From: Carcharhinus amblyrhynchos
Taxonomy: Eukaryota
DNA length: 64,000 nucleotides
Assembly: GCA_965287045.1 (NCBI GenBank)
Contig: OZ336880.1
Location: forward strand, 46,624,001-46,688,000
Direction: 5' to 3'
The notes under the pieces are model-generated. The model had not been told where the DNA came from. It ran no database searches and saw only the letters and a list, made by a program, of their open reading frames with translations. A program made the translations under genes and the position numbers. Positions 38,926 to 53,168 of the stretch are shown here, piece after piece (within the stretch, counting starts at the first letter, position 1; each line of letters starts with the position of its first letter).

Positions 38926-40114
38926 AATGTGTTATAATTAAACCAGAAGCATATAAATAGCTGAACACTTTACCATCCCAAGCAATCTCTTTCACTTTAA
39001 GCATTTCTTGTTAAGTAACACTTAATTACTATGACTTCTTATTATATTTTTGTTAAACTGGTTTGTAGTAAACTGCTAAAATTATTTAATTATTTTGCTT
39101 ACTAGATTGTGTCCTCCAAGTTTGGTCTCTAAGCTACATGACACTGTTGCTAATTTGCTTTTTTCGCTCTATGTTTTGTATTTCAAAAAGCTTGTTAAAT
39201 ACTCAAAAACACCATCTTTGATTCCACCAAATTCTAACCTTCCAAATCTGCTACTTCTGCTTCCACAACCCTAAACCCACTGTTTCATCATTGGCAAACT
39301 GTTCCTGCCAACATATGAGGTTTTTGGTGTTGCAAGAGAATAAAAACAAGATCGAGTAAAGTAGGATGTTGATAGAGGCGGAAGGGGAATCTATTAAGGG
39401 AGTTAATCCATCAGCAAGGAATCTTACATTATTTAAAATAATCATTTAGTTAATCACTGTAAATTAGCAGCCCCGATATTGATATTGTAAATTACAGAGT
39501 ATAAGATACCGCACCATTCGCAATGCTACTAGAACAGAAAAGAAACTGCATCAACATTTACTTTGCAAAATAAAAAGAAATGTTATGTATTTGTGAAGGT
39601 TGAAGCATCTTTCCACCATAATGAGCAAAAGCTTTAATGGAGTAAAATAATGCAACATTAATTTGATTGAAATAGGAACAATGTTTTTTATATGGGGTCA
39701 ATGTGGCAGTGCTGAGCAATTAGCATGCTGACAGTCAAGGTTACTTAGTAGATATGGATGCTGAATTCTGCCTGTACTGCTTCGCTCCCATTCCAAGGCT
39801 CACTGAGCAAAACTAAACAAGCAAAATCAGTTATATTTCCCAGTAGGAGGAGGGAAGATCAGAGGCTAAAGTTACATTGGGTTGACTTCTAGCACCTCCT
39901 AGTGAGCCATTACAGAGGCACTAGATGTGTTTTTGGGAGTAGACCGTATGCTCAGTATCCCAACTGTGACACATCAAACTAAGTGGATGGAAAATGGTTA
40001 GTTTATAAGGAAAAAATTGCATTTCTTCTTACAACTATCACTTGTATACAACAAAGGATAGGAAACAACACATAACTATGCTGTATCTGTATCATTGTTT
40101 TTCACTCCCTTATC

Positions 40115-40318
40115 CTAGAACAGAATAGAATAGAATAGAAACCCTACAGCACAGAAAGAGGCCATTTGGCCCATCGAGATTGCACCAACCACAATCCCAC
40201 CCAGTCTTTACTCCCATATCCCTACATATTTTACCTACTAATCCCTCTAACCTATGCATCTCAGGACATTAAGGGGCAATCTTAGCATGGCCAACCAACC
40301 TAACCTGCACATCTTTTG
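40115..40318 (-). mobile_element. HE1/V-SINE 3' half
   Basis: (TAGAA)n on plus, and a body matching 7762-7930. Confidence 0.85.
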
Positions 40319-40471
40319 CACCTCTCTCCATATGGCTCATATTCCTTTTCGTCTTTGCATCATACTATTTGCCTTAATTTTTATTTGTGCCCTCTTGATT
40401 GTTAATTTATGTTTTTCTGTGTTGTTTACTCTAGTCATTGCATTTTACAAATGCTCCTTTATTTCAAGTAT

Positions 40472-40758
40472 GGCTAGGATTTTCTGGTCCCATATTAGCA
40501 GGACCAGCTGCAGGAGATCTATTTGCCCAGGCAAAAGTCCATTAACTTTCAGGAGAACCCGACAATCACAATGGTAGGCAGGCCTGGAAAATCTTGCCCT
40601 ATGGTCAGCTGTTCACACCAGCAGGATCTTCTGGTCCCGTCAAGGGTGCATCCCCACCACAGGTTTCACAGCAGCAAGAAGTGCACTCAACAGGGAACCC
40701 CGTTAACAATGGTGGGATCAGAAGAAACAAGCAGCGGGTTGTGCGGAAAATCTCACCC
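40472..40758. mobile_element. MITE
   Basis: Imperfect TIRs GGCTAGGATTTTC../..GAAAATCTCACCC. Confidence 0.55.
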
Positions 40759-42469
40759 TACACCTTTCACGTAGAAACAGCAGCATCTGAAGCAGATGAG
40801 CTGAATTCACTAGAGCTGATCTCCATTTTTAAATTTTAGAAGCAACCCTCACGAAATCATCTGACATGCTAAACTTTGAGCTAACCTATCTGTCCGCTCA
40901 AAATATATGTACTCTGCCATAAGCTAGGCTATAGCTTCAGGAGTATGTCTTGAAACAAGACAAGAATTGGGATGGGGAAATGAGTTTTAAACAGGGTGCT
41001 TATGGAATAAATCAAATGAACAAAACAAAGATAAAGTGCTCAGGTGGGTTCTGAAAGGAGCAGAGGTATGGCAAAGTATCTGAAGAGTTTGATGTGAATA
41101 GTTAACAGGTATGAGTGGAAACGGATAAGTGCTAAACCAGAAGAAATCTTTTAAAATATCACTGCCTGAATTGCTAGGTGGTTAGCTTGGATTAATGTTA
41201 AAGCTACATTGTTCCAGATTAAATCCATTATACATTACACTAATCTGTAACATTACAAGTTCACAACAATATTACAAAGATTGATTAGTTAGATGGACTG
41301 CAATAAGATTATCCCTGCTCTCTAAACTTTACAGTTAAGGCTTAATTAATTGTCTAATAGCTTAACCTCCTTACTTTTCAGCATTCTTTGTTGGTCTCTT
41401 CTGTACTCCAACTCTTGCATCCTGTTGAGGCATAGTGATCCAAAATTAACATTTGCATGCTTAGGAAATCATTACAAAGTCTAACTGAATCTCCACAGAC
41501 ATTACTCCATTTTCTGGCAACATCTATACAGCCTAAAATTCTCAGGGATTTTGTCATATTATCTAGAAAGTATCATATTGTCACTGAAAGTGTCAAATCT
41601 ATTATTACTCCTTAATTATGTTTTATTTCTTGTTTTCCTATGTCATACACTTTTTTTCCTAATTTACATACTGCATTTGGTAGAATTGTGTTTCATTTAA
41701 ACTTGTATGCCCATCTGAAAACTACAGTTCCTTCTACAAAACTAACTGTATTGAATGCAGCTAATTTTGACTCATATCACCAGGTGGAAAATATGTGATA
41801 ATGAATAAGCAGCTTGTTTTGCATTTTTCCTGAGTTTTGGTCAAAAGATCAGGCGAGTTGTAAAACAGACTACGGATTCACTAACATCATTTTTTATGCT
41901 AACATTGTCTCAGTGCGTCTACTCTTCCTCCTATTTTAATGCTACTAACAAATTTAGCAAAGTTTATGAATGAATTTGCCTTCCTGACTAGCAGGCAAAG
42001 ATCTTTCTCGAGAATCTTCATATCTTGAATTCTCTCACTCAGACAGGTAGTCTAAGCGGCAAGGATGGATTTAAAAAGTACCAAAAGTTAACCACCTCAC
42101 ACAGGGTAGCTCAAAAATGCATAAATAAATTTCTATGTGTAAATTCTCCAGTCATTTCCTTAATCATAAAATAACAAATAGTTACACAAACATACAAAAT
42201 AAGAGAAGGCCATTCAGCCCTTTGTACCTGCTCTGTCATTTAATAAAATCATGACTGAACAGTTTGTGTTTCAAATTCCACATTCCCATCTACTCCCGAT
42301 AACATACAAACACAGTAACACTCCCATGAGGCTTTGGAACTTTGGAATGTTTTGTTGCATTTATATTGTAAATTTACTTGTCATTACTGTTGAATTCACA
42401 CAAAGGCAAAAAGTACTCTCGGAATTATTGTTTTCTAAACTTGTTGTTTCACGCTCTTTTTGATGCTCT

Positions 42470-43980
42470 TAGAGTCATAGAGGTTTACAGCATGGAAACA
42501 GGCCCTTCTGCCAAACTTGTTTGCGCCCTTTTTTAAACCCCTAAGCTAATCCCAATTGCCTGCATTTAGCCCATATCCCTCTATAACCATCATACCCATG
42601 TAACTATCTAAATGCTTTTTAAAAGATAAAATTGTACCTGTCTCTACTACTGCCTTTTGCAGCTTGTTCCAGACACTCACCATCCTGTGTGAAAAAATTG
42701 CCCCTCTGGATACTTTTGTATCTCTCCCCTCTCACCTTAAACCTATGCCCTCTAGTTTTAGACCCCCCTACCTTTGGGAAAAGATATTGACTGTCTACCT
42801 TGTCTATATCCCTCATTATTTTATAAACTTCTATAAGGTCACTCCTCAGCCTCCTATGCTCCAGCGAAAAAAGTCCCAGTCTATTTAGCCTCTCCTTATA
42901 ACTCAATCCATCAAGACCTGGTAGCATCCTAGTAAACTGAATAGAGACTGAATAGACTGGGCCTGTACTTATTGGAGTTTAGAAGGCTGAGGGGGGATCT
43001 TACAGAGACTTACAAGATAATGAAGGGGCTAGGTAGGGTAGAGGTAGAGAGATTCTTTCCACTTAGAAAGGAAAATAGAGTGCACAGCCTCAAAATAGGT
43101 GGGGGGGGGCGCAGTTTAGAACAGAGTTGAGGAGAAACTTCTTCACTCAAAGGGTGGTGAATCTTTGGAATTCTCTGCCCATTGAAGTGGCGGAGGCTAC
43201 TTCATTGAATATATTTAAGTCACGGGTAGATAGATTTCTGATAGTCAAGGGAATTAAGGGTTATGGGGAGAAAGCGGGAAAGTGGAACTGATCCACTTCA
43301 GATCAGCCACGATCTTATTGAATGGTGGGTCAGGCTTGAGGGGCTGGATGGCCTACTCCTGCTCCTATTTCTTATGTTCTTAAATCTTTTCTGCACTCTT
43401 TCTAGTTTAATAATATCCTTTCTATAATAGGGTGACCAGAATTGCACACAGTATTCCAAGTGTGACCTTACCAATGTCTTGTACAACTTCAACAAGATGT
43501 CCCAACTCCTGTATTCAATATTCCGACCGATGAAACCAAGCATATTGAATGCCTTCTTCGCTACTCTGTCCACCTGTGACTCCTCTTTCAAGGAGCTATG
43601 AACATGTATCCCTAGATCCCTTTGTTCTGTAACTCTCCCCAACGCCCTACCATTAACTGAGTAAGTCCTGCCCTGGTTCAATCTACCAAAATGCATTACC
43701 TCACATCTGTCTAAATTAAACTCCATCTGCCATTCATCAGCCCTTTGACCCAATTGATCAAGATTCCACTGCAATTGGAGATAACTTTCTTCACTGTCCA
43801 TTATGCCACCAATCTTGATATCACCTGCAAACTTACTAATCATGCCTCCTATACTCTCATCCAAATCATTAATATAAATGACAAATAACAGTGGGCCCAG
43901 CACTGATCCCTGAGACACACTGCTGGTCACAGGCTTCCAGTTTGAAAAACAACCCTCTACAACCACCCTCTGGCTTCTGT
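42470..43980 (-). mobile_element. CR1/HER1-type LINE 3' portion (RT domain to 3' UTR), split by a nested insertion
   Basis: VTSSVSQGSVLGPLLFVIYINDL..KFAGDIK..LEYCVQFWSPYYRKDI continues at 42936 as ..RMLPGLDGLSYKERLNRLGLFSLE. Confidence 0.95.
42937..43380 (+). mobile_element. Young CR1 3' fragment nested in opposite orientation
   Basis: Same family as 20772-21508. Flanked by TAAA direct repeat (42933-42936 and 43381-43384). Confidence 0.93.
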
Positions 43981-44604
43981 AACTTTTTCAATATTAGGAA
44001 TATTTCAGCACCATATACCATACCTAGAATCTTATAGAGATTCTATATGTCACAGTTGTTATGACTATGTAATGATTTTGATTCATAAAGCTACTGCTTC
44101 CCAGGGTTACCAGTGAACTGCTTCTTGACGTCTGGCAAAGATCTCTGTATTCATTTGTTATTATGCCTTGCACCAACCATTAATGCCAATAGGATGTTGT
44201 CATGTGAAATTCCCAATTATATCTCACACATATTTTTGGTTTACCCTTTCTTCAGACTTGATCACATATCTTAAAAATACTGCTAATAACATATACATAC
44301 AGAGTACTCCTAACCCCACGTCTCAGACACATCCTGGGGATCCTAAATAGAGTTGTTAAAAGATTTTTAGAATAGGGAGACCATCAAAACCAACCTCCCT
44401 TAGCCACAGTGTTAATTTCTTATTTCCTTCATGATAGGCCTTGCTATTGGTCAGCCAATTTTGTTGCCATGAGTTGAAAGCCACTTCTTGACTCCCTGTC
44501 CAAAGAAGAACTTTGACAGCATAATCCCAGCATCATCAATCAATATTAGAGACTAATTGCTATTTCAACTAGATATTACACTCATTTCTGAGCCATAAAG
44601 CACT

Positions 44605-44850
44605 CAAGGACTTGAGTACAAAGGAGAGGCTGACATTTTAGTGCAGTACTGATGGAGTGCTGTATTCTCAGAGCTGTTTCTTTTGAATGAGATGTTCAAC
44701 TGGAATCATAATGCCAGTTCCTGTGAGTGCACAGGATCGCTTACATTTACTTGAAAAGCAGGGCTTTCTCCCAGTTTCTGGCTAGCATTCCCTACTTCAA
44801 ACAGCGCCACCAAAAACAGATCAGCTGACTAATCAACTTACTGCTTTGGA
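44605..44850 (+). mobile_element. DeuSINE (SacSINE1/AmnSINE1-like) relic
   Basis: GGCTGACATTTTAGTGCAGTACTGATGGAGTGCTG..TTTTGAATGAGATGTTCAAC resembles the Deu-domain consensus. Confidence 0.7.
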
Positions 44851-47800
44851 TTTTTCAGTAATAATAACAACTAAGCTGTTAGCAATTGTCATTATTACCC
44901 CACTGAAACTGACAGCAACTTCAACAGTTTACACATACACAGAATAATATGGAAATCCAGAGATTGCTGTCATCTATTCTGCACTTAGACAACGATGTGC
45001 TGTTGTGGCACCCACAGACACAATCAATGGAAGCCACTTAAACGAATTAAATTTTCACTCTTACACTGTTAGGCTTTCTGTAAAAACCCTTGAAAAAGTT
45101 ACACATTGTTGAATGAGGTATAACTGGGTGCTTCAAAGGTGTACGAACTTCATAATTGCTGCTAACCATCCACACTGGCCACGATAGGCAACATTTTTAG
45201 TTGTGGGATGCCAAATTTCTTCATAATGAGAAAAAACTCTGCACATCCTTTGAAAACATATTTTTATTTTTTACAAGTTTATTTCTCAATCTAATCAATC
45301 ATTTATTATGCCATCTGAAAATTTAAATTAGAAGTGAAAGATTATCAAGAGTTTTTAACTTCCTGGCTCGCTGTGTGTGGTTAATGTGATTGGCTACTTA
45401 CTTTCTTGCTAACATCACTACCAACATCACACCAAAACATCTGTTTGACTTAGCAATAGATTTAATTGTCAGGAAAGGAGGAAAGCATGCCGCAGAGACT
45501 GCTAGATCATCATGCATCACCTTCCTTGAGGGAAAAACTAGGCTAAAAATGCGGGTCAGTACTATCATTCATAGGACCTTCTAGTGTGCAAACTAGCTAT
45601 TACATTTTTATAGAAAACAGCATCATCACACTTTAAAACTTAGTGATTCTGAATAACTTGGAAGATTTCAGAGTATGTGATAGGTGCTTTATAAATGCAC
45701 ATTATTTACTTCGAGTCAGATTTCATTTATTTTTGATGTGTATTTTTTTCTTGCATGTCCTTTCCACAATTTTATTCAGATCTTTTAAAGGGGACAAATC
45801 TTTATATATTTATCAAACATTTTAATAAGTATGACTTTTGGCTTAATTTTGTTAATCTTTTGAAACATTTACGATCCCTTACCCAACACTCCGTAGTGAT
45901 TATGCACATGGGCTATTTTCTTTTCTTTTGAAATTCCTGTACTGTGTATGCCATACTTAATACAAAAAGTATACCACATTTTATTTTCCAGTACATGTGA
46001 AAAAATAATTCTGAAGAAATTACCAGTGGAAGTCAAATCCAGTGGCAGTGAGTGAAAATCATGTTCAATTCAGAAGCAATACCAGGAAACACTTCCACTG
46101 GCTAACAAATTACACCTGGATACTTTCAATACACAGATCAGTCAAAATAACTATATCAGTAACATGAGAAACTAACAAATTACCCTTCATCATTGAAACC
46201 TCATGGAAGCACTAGGTCATAAAAATGTATTTCCTACTCATGGTTGTTGAAAAATCCTAAGTACTTGCAATCTTTGTAACTCAAGGGCTTGAATATTTGA
46301 ATGGGCTTCAGGTTGACTGGCTCTCATAGAATTGGAATGTTTTACACTGAACAATTAAGGGTCAGCTAACCGTAACCAACAGGTGAGCAAATCCAACAAA
46401 ATAAATATAATAAATACACACATCATTCTTTTATTATTCAGGATGCCACACATACTGTCTATTTTAAAGTCCTAATACATGTTAATTTTGAAAACACAGA
46501 TTTCAAGAAAAAAGCAATGAAACATATTTGACCTTATTTTATTGGCCTCCATTGAACAAAAAGCTTTTTACTGTCTAACTTTCAAAATTTATCAAATTCT
46601 GCCACAGGAAGAAGTTATTTACATTTTCAACACTACCAGCATACATCATTGTGACAAAAAATAACAAGCACTCCATGAAAAAGGTTCAATCAATGTCAGT
46701 CATTTACTCAGGAATTAATGCAAGCAGCAGCACAGCGAAGGTTAGCCAGATTTGTTGTGACCTGGAAGAATCAAGTGAAAGACTAATCAGTAGCCTACAT
46801 CTTTAAAGAAATAGAAATGGTGCAAAAACAGCTTAAAATTCAATAAGCAAAACCACTTTCAATAACAATCAGTACAGAAGGATCCTATATTTGTAGCTCT
46901 CATTGGAACACTGTCAGACTTTGCTCATTTTTACCTTGCTCTCAGCTGTAAAAACTGACAGGAAAAAAAACCACGATAATTCACAAATATGTACCAATGT
47001 TAAACCTCAAAAAAGTAACCTTGCCATAACATTCAAAAGAGTTGTGTCTCTAGAAAAATATTCAGTCAACCTTATTTTGTATGGCAAGTGTAAAGAGCAG
47101 GAAGTGGTAAGGGTCATATTATTCACACATTTTATTAACCAACGCATTGGTGAAACATTTTAATACAATTCAAGTTATTTCATCATATGTTGTACAAACA
47201 ACAATTTAGGAAAACATTTTCATTACAATGGCCCTTCAAGTTGGAAAGTTAGCTTTCAACAATTTCTTCAAATATCAATTTTCTTACCAGCATTAAATCA
47301 CATTAAACCACTCACTCACTGCCACTCGCATCCCCCCCCCCCCCACCCCCCTGCCCCACACACACACACTCAATCCACTCTGCAAGGCCATTATTTGTGA
47401 TTCCATAGTCTACAGTGGGAAATGGAAGTTCAAAGTGGTTCAAAAGCCAAAGGACTCCAGATAATCACGTTAAGAATTAGGGAATCTTCTCCCAATTGGT
47501 TTCCAAGGCTCCACTGGTCGCAAACAATTCTGTGGTCAACGTGAAGTTAAGATGCAAGGGGATGCTCAACATTGACAAAATCATTGAAACAGTCTGACAG
47601 CAAAGGTGGCACATCTTAAGAATATCCATATTAATAAGAAGCCCTAATTTTCTAAAAGTCCACTAAACACGCCTGGGTTGATTGTTATCTTCTTCAAAAC
47701 ATGGGAGCATTTTTTGGGGGAAAAAGTAAACAAAAGTCCAGAGGGAATACAAGCTCCCTTACATGTAGTTTGGAATTTTAATTTCCACAGCAAACATTAT

Positions 47801-49565
47801 TATTTACTTGAACCATATAACTGCACTGCAAAATACAATTTCCTAACTAATGCTTAAGATAATATCTGGAAAAGAAATAAAGATGTAACTGATTACTGCA
47901 AAAATCATTTTCTGCAAATACATGGAATACAGATTCTGATTTGTATATAAAGAGGTCAAAATGTATTAAACATGGTTGAATTGTTCTGACAAAAGTATAT
48001 TTTCTGTTGTATTATTTACATTGTTCACAGTTTAGATATTTCAGTTGCAATAAAGTGTCCATGAAAACAGTCATCTATCAACTATCAATAATACCTTCTA
48101 ACTACACTAATCTTTTTTATTTGTATGGTTACATCCATCATAAAATGTCGAGAGAATCTTTTAATTATAATGTCATAAACAAAAGCATTTTTGCTTGACT
48201 GCTCATGCCTGTCAACTATTTTTAGCAAGGTACAATTGATAAACAACAAACTGGCTGCTTAAAGCATCCAGTCTTTAAACTTACCAATTCACTTTTATTT
48301 ACAATCGATGATACCCCTAACCTCAATTTCTATAAAGCCAAAAGGTTACACTGATAATGTTATCCATTCATTTATACACTAGCCCATGGGCATAATGTGA
48401 AATAGAAGAAGTATACCATGGAATGTAATAAGCCAAAGACCAAAAACTTGAACATAGCTTGCTTTCAACTCCCCTGGGAATCCTGTTACTAAAGGACTGC
48501 TATTCTTGAACATAGGAATCATTTCAATCAGTTACTAGAGTTCAGGCAGGACAAGGTCTAGGCAGTCTGCTCGTCTAATTTTGTTGAAATGCAGGCGCCA
48601 TTAGGTAACAGTAGTGGCCATAGAATATGCCAGGAAGGTGTAATTTAAAACTTAAAAATGAACATTAAAACATTGTGGCAGGCCAATGGTGCAGTGATGT
48701 AAAATATATTACAATAAAATAATTAAAAACATTATGTATAAGCAAGGGCACATTGTCGCGGAGAATCTTACTCAGATGCACCTTTCCAAATCCATGATCA
48801 GCGAAGTATTTGAAATAAATGTTTATCATTATTCATCAGTTCCAACTAAATTGTTGCTTCAGGATCAGTGCTAACAAACAAAGATTTTATACACTTCAAA
48901 TACTATTTAACATTGTTGATTCTGTCCTTATAAAATGCATCTTATACAAAACATATATTCTACAAATCAAGAATAAGATTCCAAAGTATGCCTCTGCAGT
49001 TATATGTGATATTGTATCATATTGCATCCTGGAAGAAGGCAAATGTTTTTCAGTAAACTTCAAGGCTTCTACTTTGTTCTTGAGGCCAGTGTTAAGTTAA
49101 TTCATTTTGCAGAGAAATGTGCAGTCCATGTGACCGTGTAATAATTGCCACCTGTTCCCTGGTAGGAAAGAAAAACACTACTCACTTTGAATGTCTCTGG
49201 TCACATGTTCAGGCTTACCACATGTGGAGTAAATAATATCAACCTGGTCACTAGCAATGGCACTGGCAACTTGTCAAATCTATCTTTGGATGGGTATCTC
49301 AGCCAACACCACACTCACAAAGCAGTGTTGCATCATAGCTGTAAAGTAGTCTTCGTAATTTATTTCATTTGTCCTCAAAGTTGGTTAGAAAAACAAGAAA
49401 AAACCCAAGAAAACTGCATATTTCGGGGAGGGGCAGAACACCAATCTGCTAAAAATTTTAAATGTCCTTGCATTTCATCCTTCTCCTCAGACCAGTCATA
49501 TTTCTCAGCCAGAAGACTCAGCAAGTAACTTGTTTCTAAGCATCTGCCAATAACACAAGACAATA

Positions 49566-49877
49566 GGGCAGCACAGTGACACAATGGTCAGCACTGCTGC
49601 CTCACAGCATCAGAGATTCCCACCTTGGGTCATTTTCTGTGTGAAGCTTGCACATTCCCCTTGTGTTTGCGTGGGTTTCCTCTGGGTGCTCCAGTTTCCT
49701 CCCACAGTCCAAAGATGTGTGTGTTAGATTGATTGGCCATAGTAAATTGCCCCTTAGTATCAGAGGGACGAGCAGGGTAAAATATGGGGCTACGGGGATA
49801 TGGTCTGCATGGGATTGTGGTCAGTGCAGACTCAATGGGCCAAATGGCCTCCTTCAGCACTGTAAGGATTCTGTGAT
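49566..49877 (+). mobile_element. HE1/V-SINE-type SINE, near full length
   Basis: GGGCAGCACAGTGACACAATGGTCAGCACTGCTGCCTCACAGC head, V-domain and CR1-like tail. Confidence 0.92.
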
Positions 49878-52800
49878 ACAAATAGTTTTCCTTTTCCCCA
49901 GTTAGGTAGCACTTAATCAGCACTCAATCCCTCCTCCACTGCTAATCCAAACTATGAGTAGGGACAATATAATGGCTTTGTATTTCCTCAAGGACTGAAG
50001 AATAAAGGATGATATAATTGAGGGGTTTAAAATGGTTAACTGATTTGATAAAGCAGAAAAAGAGAAATTATTTCCTCCGGTGGGAGGGACCAGAGCAGAT
50101 CATATCAGCCACGGTATTAGGTACAGAGATGTGCATTGCTTTGATTTTTGCCACTTTGTTTTGGAATCTACAAATTCTTTTAAGAAAAATAGAACTGATG
50201 CTTGATGAAATTGTACCTCAAAAGTATCAGATAATGTACTGTAGGATATTACTTTTGATCATGTAAATAAAGAGACATCACAGAAATAAGTTCCATAATT
50301 TTGGCACAGTGACATAACTGTTTGAAACTTAATGCTCAGCATCTTGGCGTGATAGGACACAGGATCCCACCCACTATAATCAACCCCATGATGACTTATC
50401 AGGTTCAATTATGTTGCCAGGAGCTTCTATTGACTCCTTCCCAATAGCAAAGAAAATCACCTTAATTTCTCTACCATACCTTACAGCAGTCAGTGTCTCA
50501 GCAGAATTCAAAGACAACAAGCAGCAGGGTTTTCTCCCAATTTTTGAAAGGAGATTTGTACGGACACAAAAGAGGAAGTGAGAAAGCACCCCAAGTTGAA
50601 AGTGCCTAACCTCAAAATAATAAGTTAATTCAGTTCCACTGGTATATTTTTTAAGTTCTGACAAATGATGACTGACCCAAACAAATATGCCCAAAATTAA
50701 TGTTCTAGGTATGCTGCTAATCCAATTGTTGGAACTTGGGAGTTAGATACCTGAATGGCAAAAACGATTGGTCCCTCACATTGAAGGTTCACTTTCAATA
50801 TAAGATTAGATGTTGATGAAAACCATGTAGTAGAACTGAGGCATAAACTGCAAACAGAATAAAAACTCACTAACACTGAAGCAAACATAGCCTTGGCACA
50901 TACAAGCAAGAGTAATCATGAAGATTTAAAGCAAATGCTTAACCTAAAGACCTCAGGGATTTTCGACCATGATTGTGAACAATTAGCAACCTGCATCTTG
51001 TATATTTGATGATTACAACTGTATTATACAGGATTACTAAGTTCATCTTAAAATGTTCTTCATTCAACATGGTACTAACTTGCATTGGATTATAATGTTA
51101 CTCCTGTGTTAGTATCTGCTATGCGCTTACAGAATTTTGAAAGTGGAATTTCTGAAATGCATTAATTTTACAATGTTTAGATACTGGAGATGTTTTGGGG
51201 ATTAAAGTGACTTTTTCTTTAATGTGATTCAGTAAAAGAATTCTACTCTGAATTAATGTTTACAATTTATACTGCCATTTTGTATGCCGTTATTTCAGTA
51301 AAATCTGAAAGAACCAAGTGAAAAGATGATTCTGTACATCAGTATAACAGTGCAGAATAACTTCAAACAGTTTGCTTAAAAACTTACTTTATTCCAAATA
51401 ACACAGATTAAATGCCTAGTAATTTTTGTGCCAATTATTTGATTCAAAAGCTTATTTTTAAAAAGTGACATTTGAATTCTAAGATAGTTCCATAGTAACG
51501 GGGTAAGTAATAGTGCCACTGTACTAAGGTTTAATGTGCACGTACCAATGTAGTGGCTGTGACCGCATACGAGATATGTTAATGCCATCGACAATGGTGA
51601 AGTCAGATGCACAAAAATCTGGAAATGTAAACCATTCATAATACAAAATTACAGGGAAAGAAACATGAAAATAAGGGTAGAAGAACAGTATGGCCTCAAT
51701 TTCACGCTGCCAGGTTTTTAGGTGACCTCCCTTCTTGACATCGCAGCGATGTTACGCTGGGGTTAACAAGTCCCATGGCCACATTTGAGGGCCTTTATGG
51801 GCCACTTAAGAGCTGCTTCCTGTCCAACCTCAATTTTATGGCTGGCATGGGGTGGGGTGGAGGAGGGGGCTGTTTAGCCTGTGAGGGAAAACGAATGGGC
51901 TTCAATCTTGGGTGAGAGGGGGGAGTGACATCTATCAGAAACCCCCTGCTGACTTCAGGCCCACTTTAAGGTCTCATGATCACTGGACCTCCTCCCTCTA
52001 CCAGTCTCTCCCCAACACCCTGATCATTCATTTTGCACCCCTCCCCCAGGCTTTCCCTACCCTCCTCACCCTGGAACCCCTTAAACTTACCTTGTTGTCC
52101 AGTCCTGGGACTTAGGCTGAGGCATCTTCCTGAAGTTACTCTTCTGTGCACTGCAGCTCTTATCACTGCAAGGACTAGGGAGCTGCCAGATAATCAGATT
52201 GGTCACCAGTTCTCTAAGGCTGGACTTGCAAGTGACAGGAGGAAATCCCATCTGCAGCCAAATCATGCTCATTTGATCATGAAATGGTTGTGCAGCAGGA
52301 AAGGAAACCTCGCCATTCAAAAAATTCAGGCCTATGAACCAACACAAGACATTCAAAGTGAATGGAGAACCGCAGTCGCAGAGAACGACTGGGAAAAAGT
52401 AGATGCAAGAGTGACAAATGCACAGAAATTAAAACTCAGCAGACGGAGTCTTGGGACACACTGCTAAAGGATTGTTTTAGATGACAATTGCTAACTAATC
52501 CTTCCGTTTAATAAATCACTGCCTTTCTGTTATGTTATTGCTAACCCTTTCACTTGCCACCCTATCACCCTGTTTTTGCTATTCAATTACTGTGTCTCAC
52601 CTCACAATAATTTTAAGAATATAATTTATCAATACTTGCCAATATTCATAAAAGCTGAGATAGATTGTGGAGGTAGGGCATGTGTTGCATCTTTGACTCC
52701 TTGTTCATTGAAAGTAAATAAAGGAAGATTATATAAGGTAATAAAACAAGCAAGTCTGATTGCTAAAGCAAGAAATTTTATATTTTCTGAAGCTGCCTAT

Positions 52801-53168
52801 AGGACAGGTTCACTCGTACTGGGTTGTGAATATTTAAAGCAAAATCCACTAAATAGCCAAAGATCTTGACAGCCCTCGATTCCTGCCAGTTTTTAAAAAT
52901 GGACATTGTTGCGAACAGAGCAAAATAGACAAGTTGGGACTGTGGACAGAAGCGTCAGTGGGGATAGGAGGAGTTGTCAGAGGCACTGGGAAGTAGCATG
53001 AATGAGTAACATTTTTGCTTTGTTGAACTTTTTTGAAGTTAAAGGTCCAGGTTTTGCAAAGCCACAAGTATCTAGAGATCTCTAGAATGTGAATCTTCCC
53101 TTTTTCAATGTTACCTTGATTCTAGGCAACTAGATCATTTGGATGTCTGGCTCCCAGCAACAAAGGAG

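Noticed and set aside
39720-39975. Possible LF-SINE/UCON-like ancient repeat
   Set aside because: Resemblance too weak to assign without a profile search.
53071-53086. Perfect 16-bp palindrome TCTAGAGATCTCTAGA
   Set aside because: About one such palindrome is expected by chance in 64 kb.
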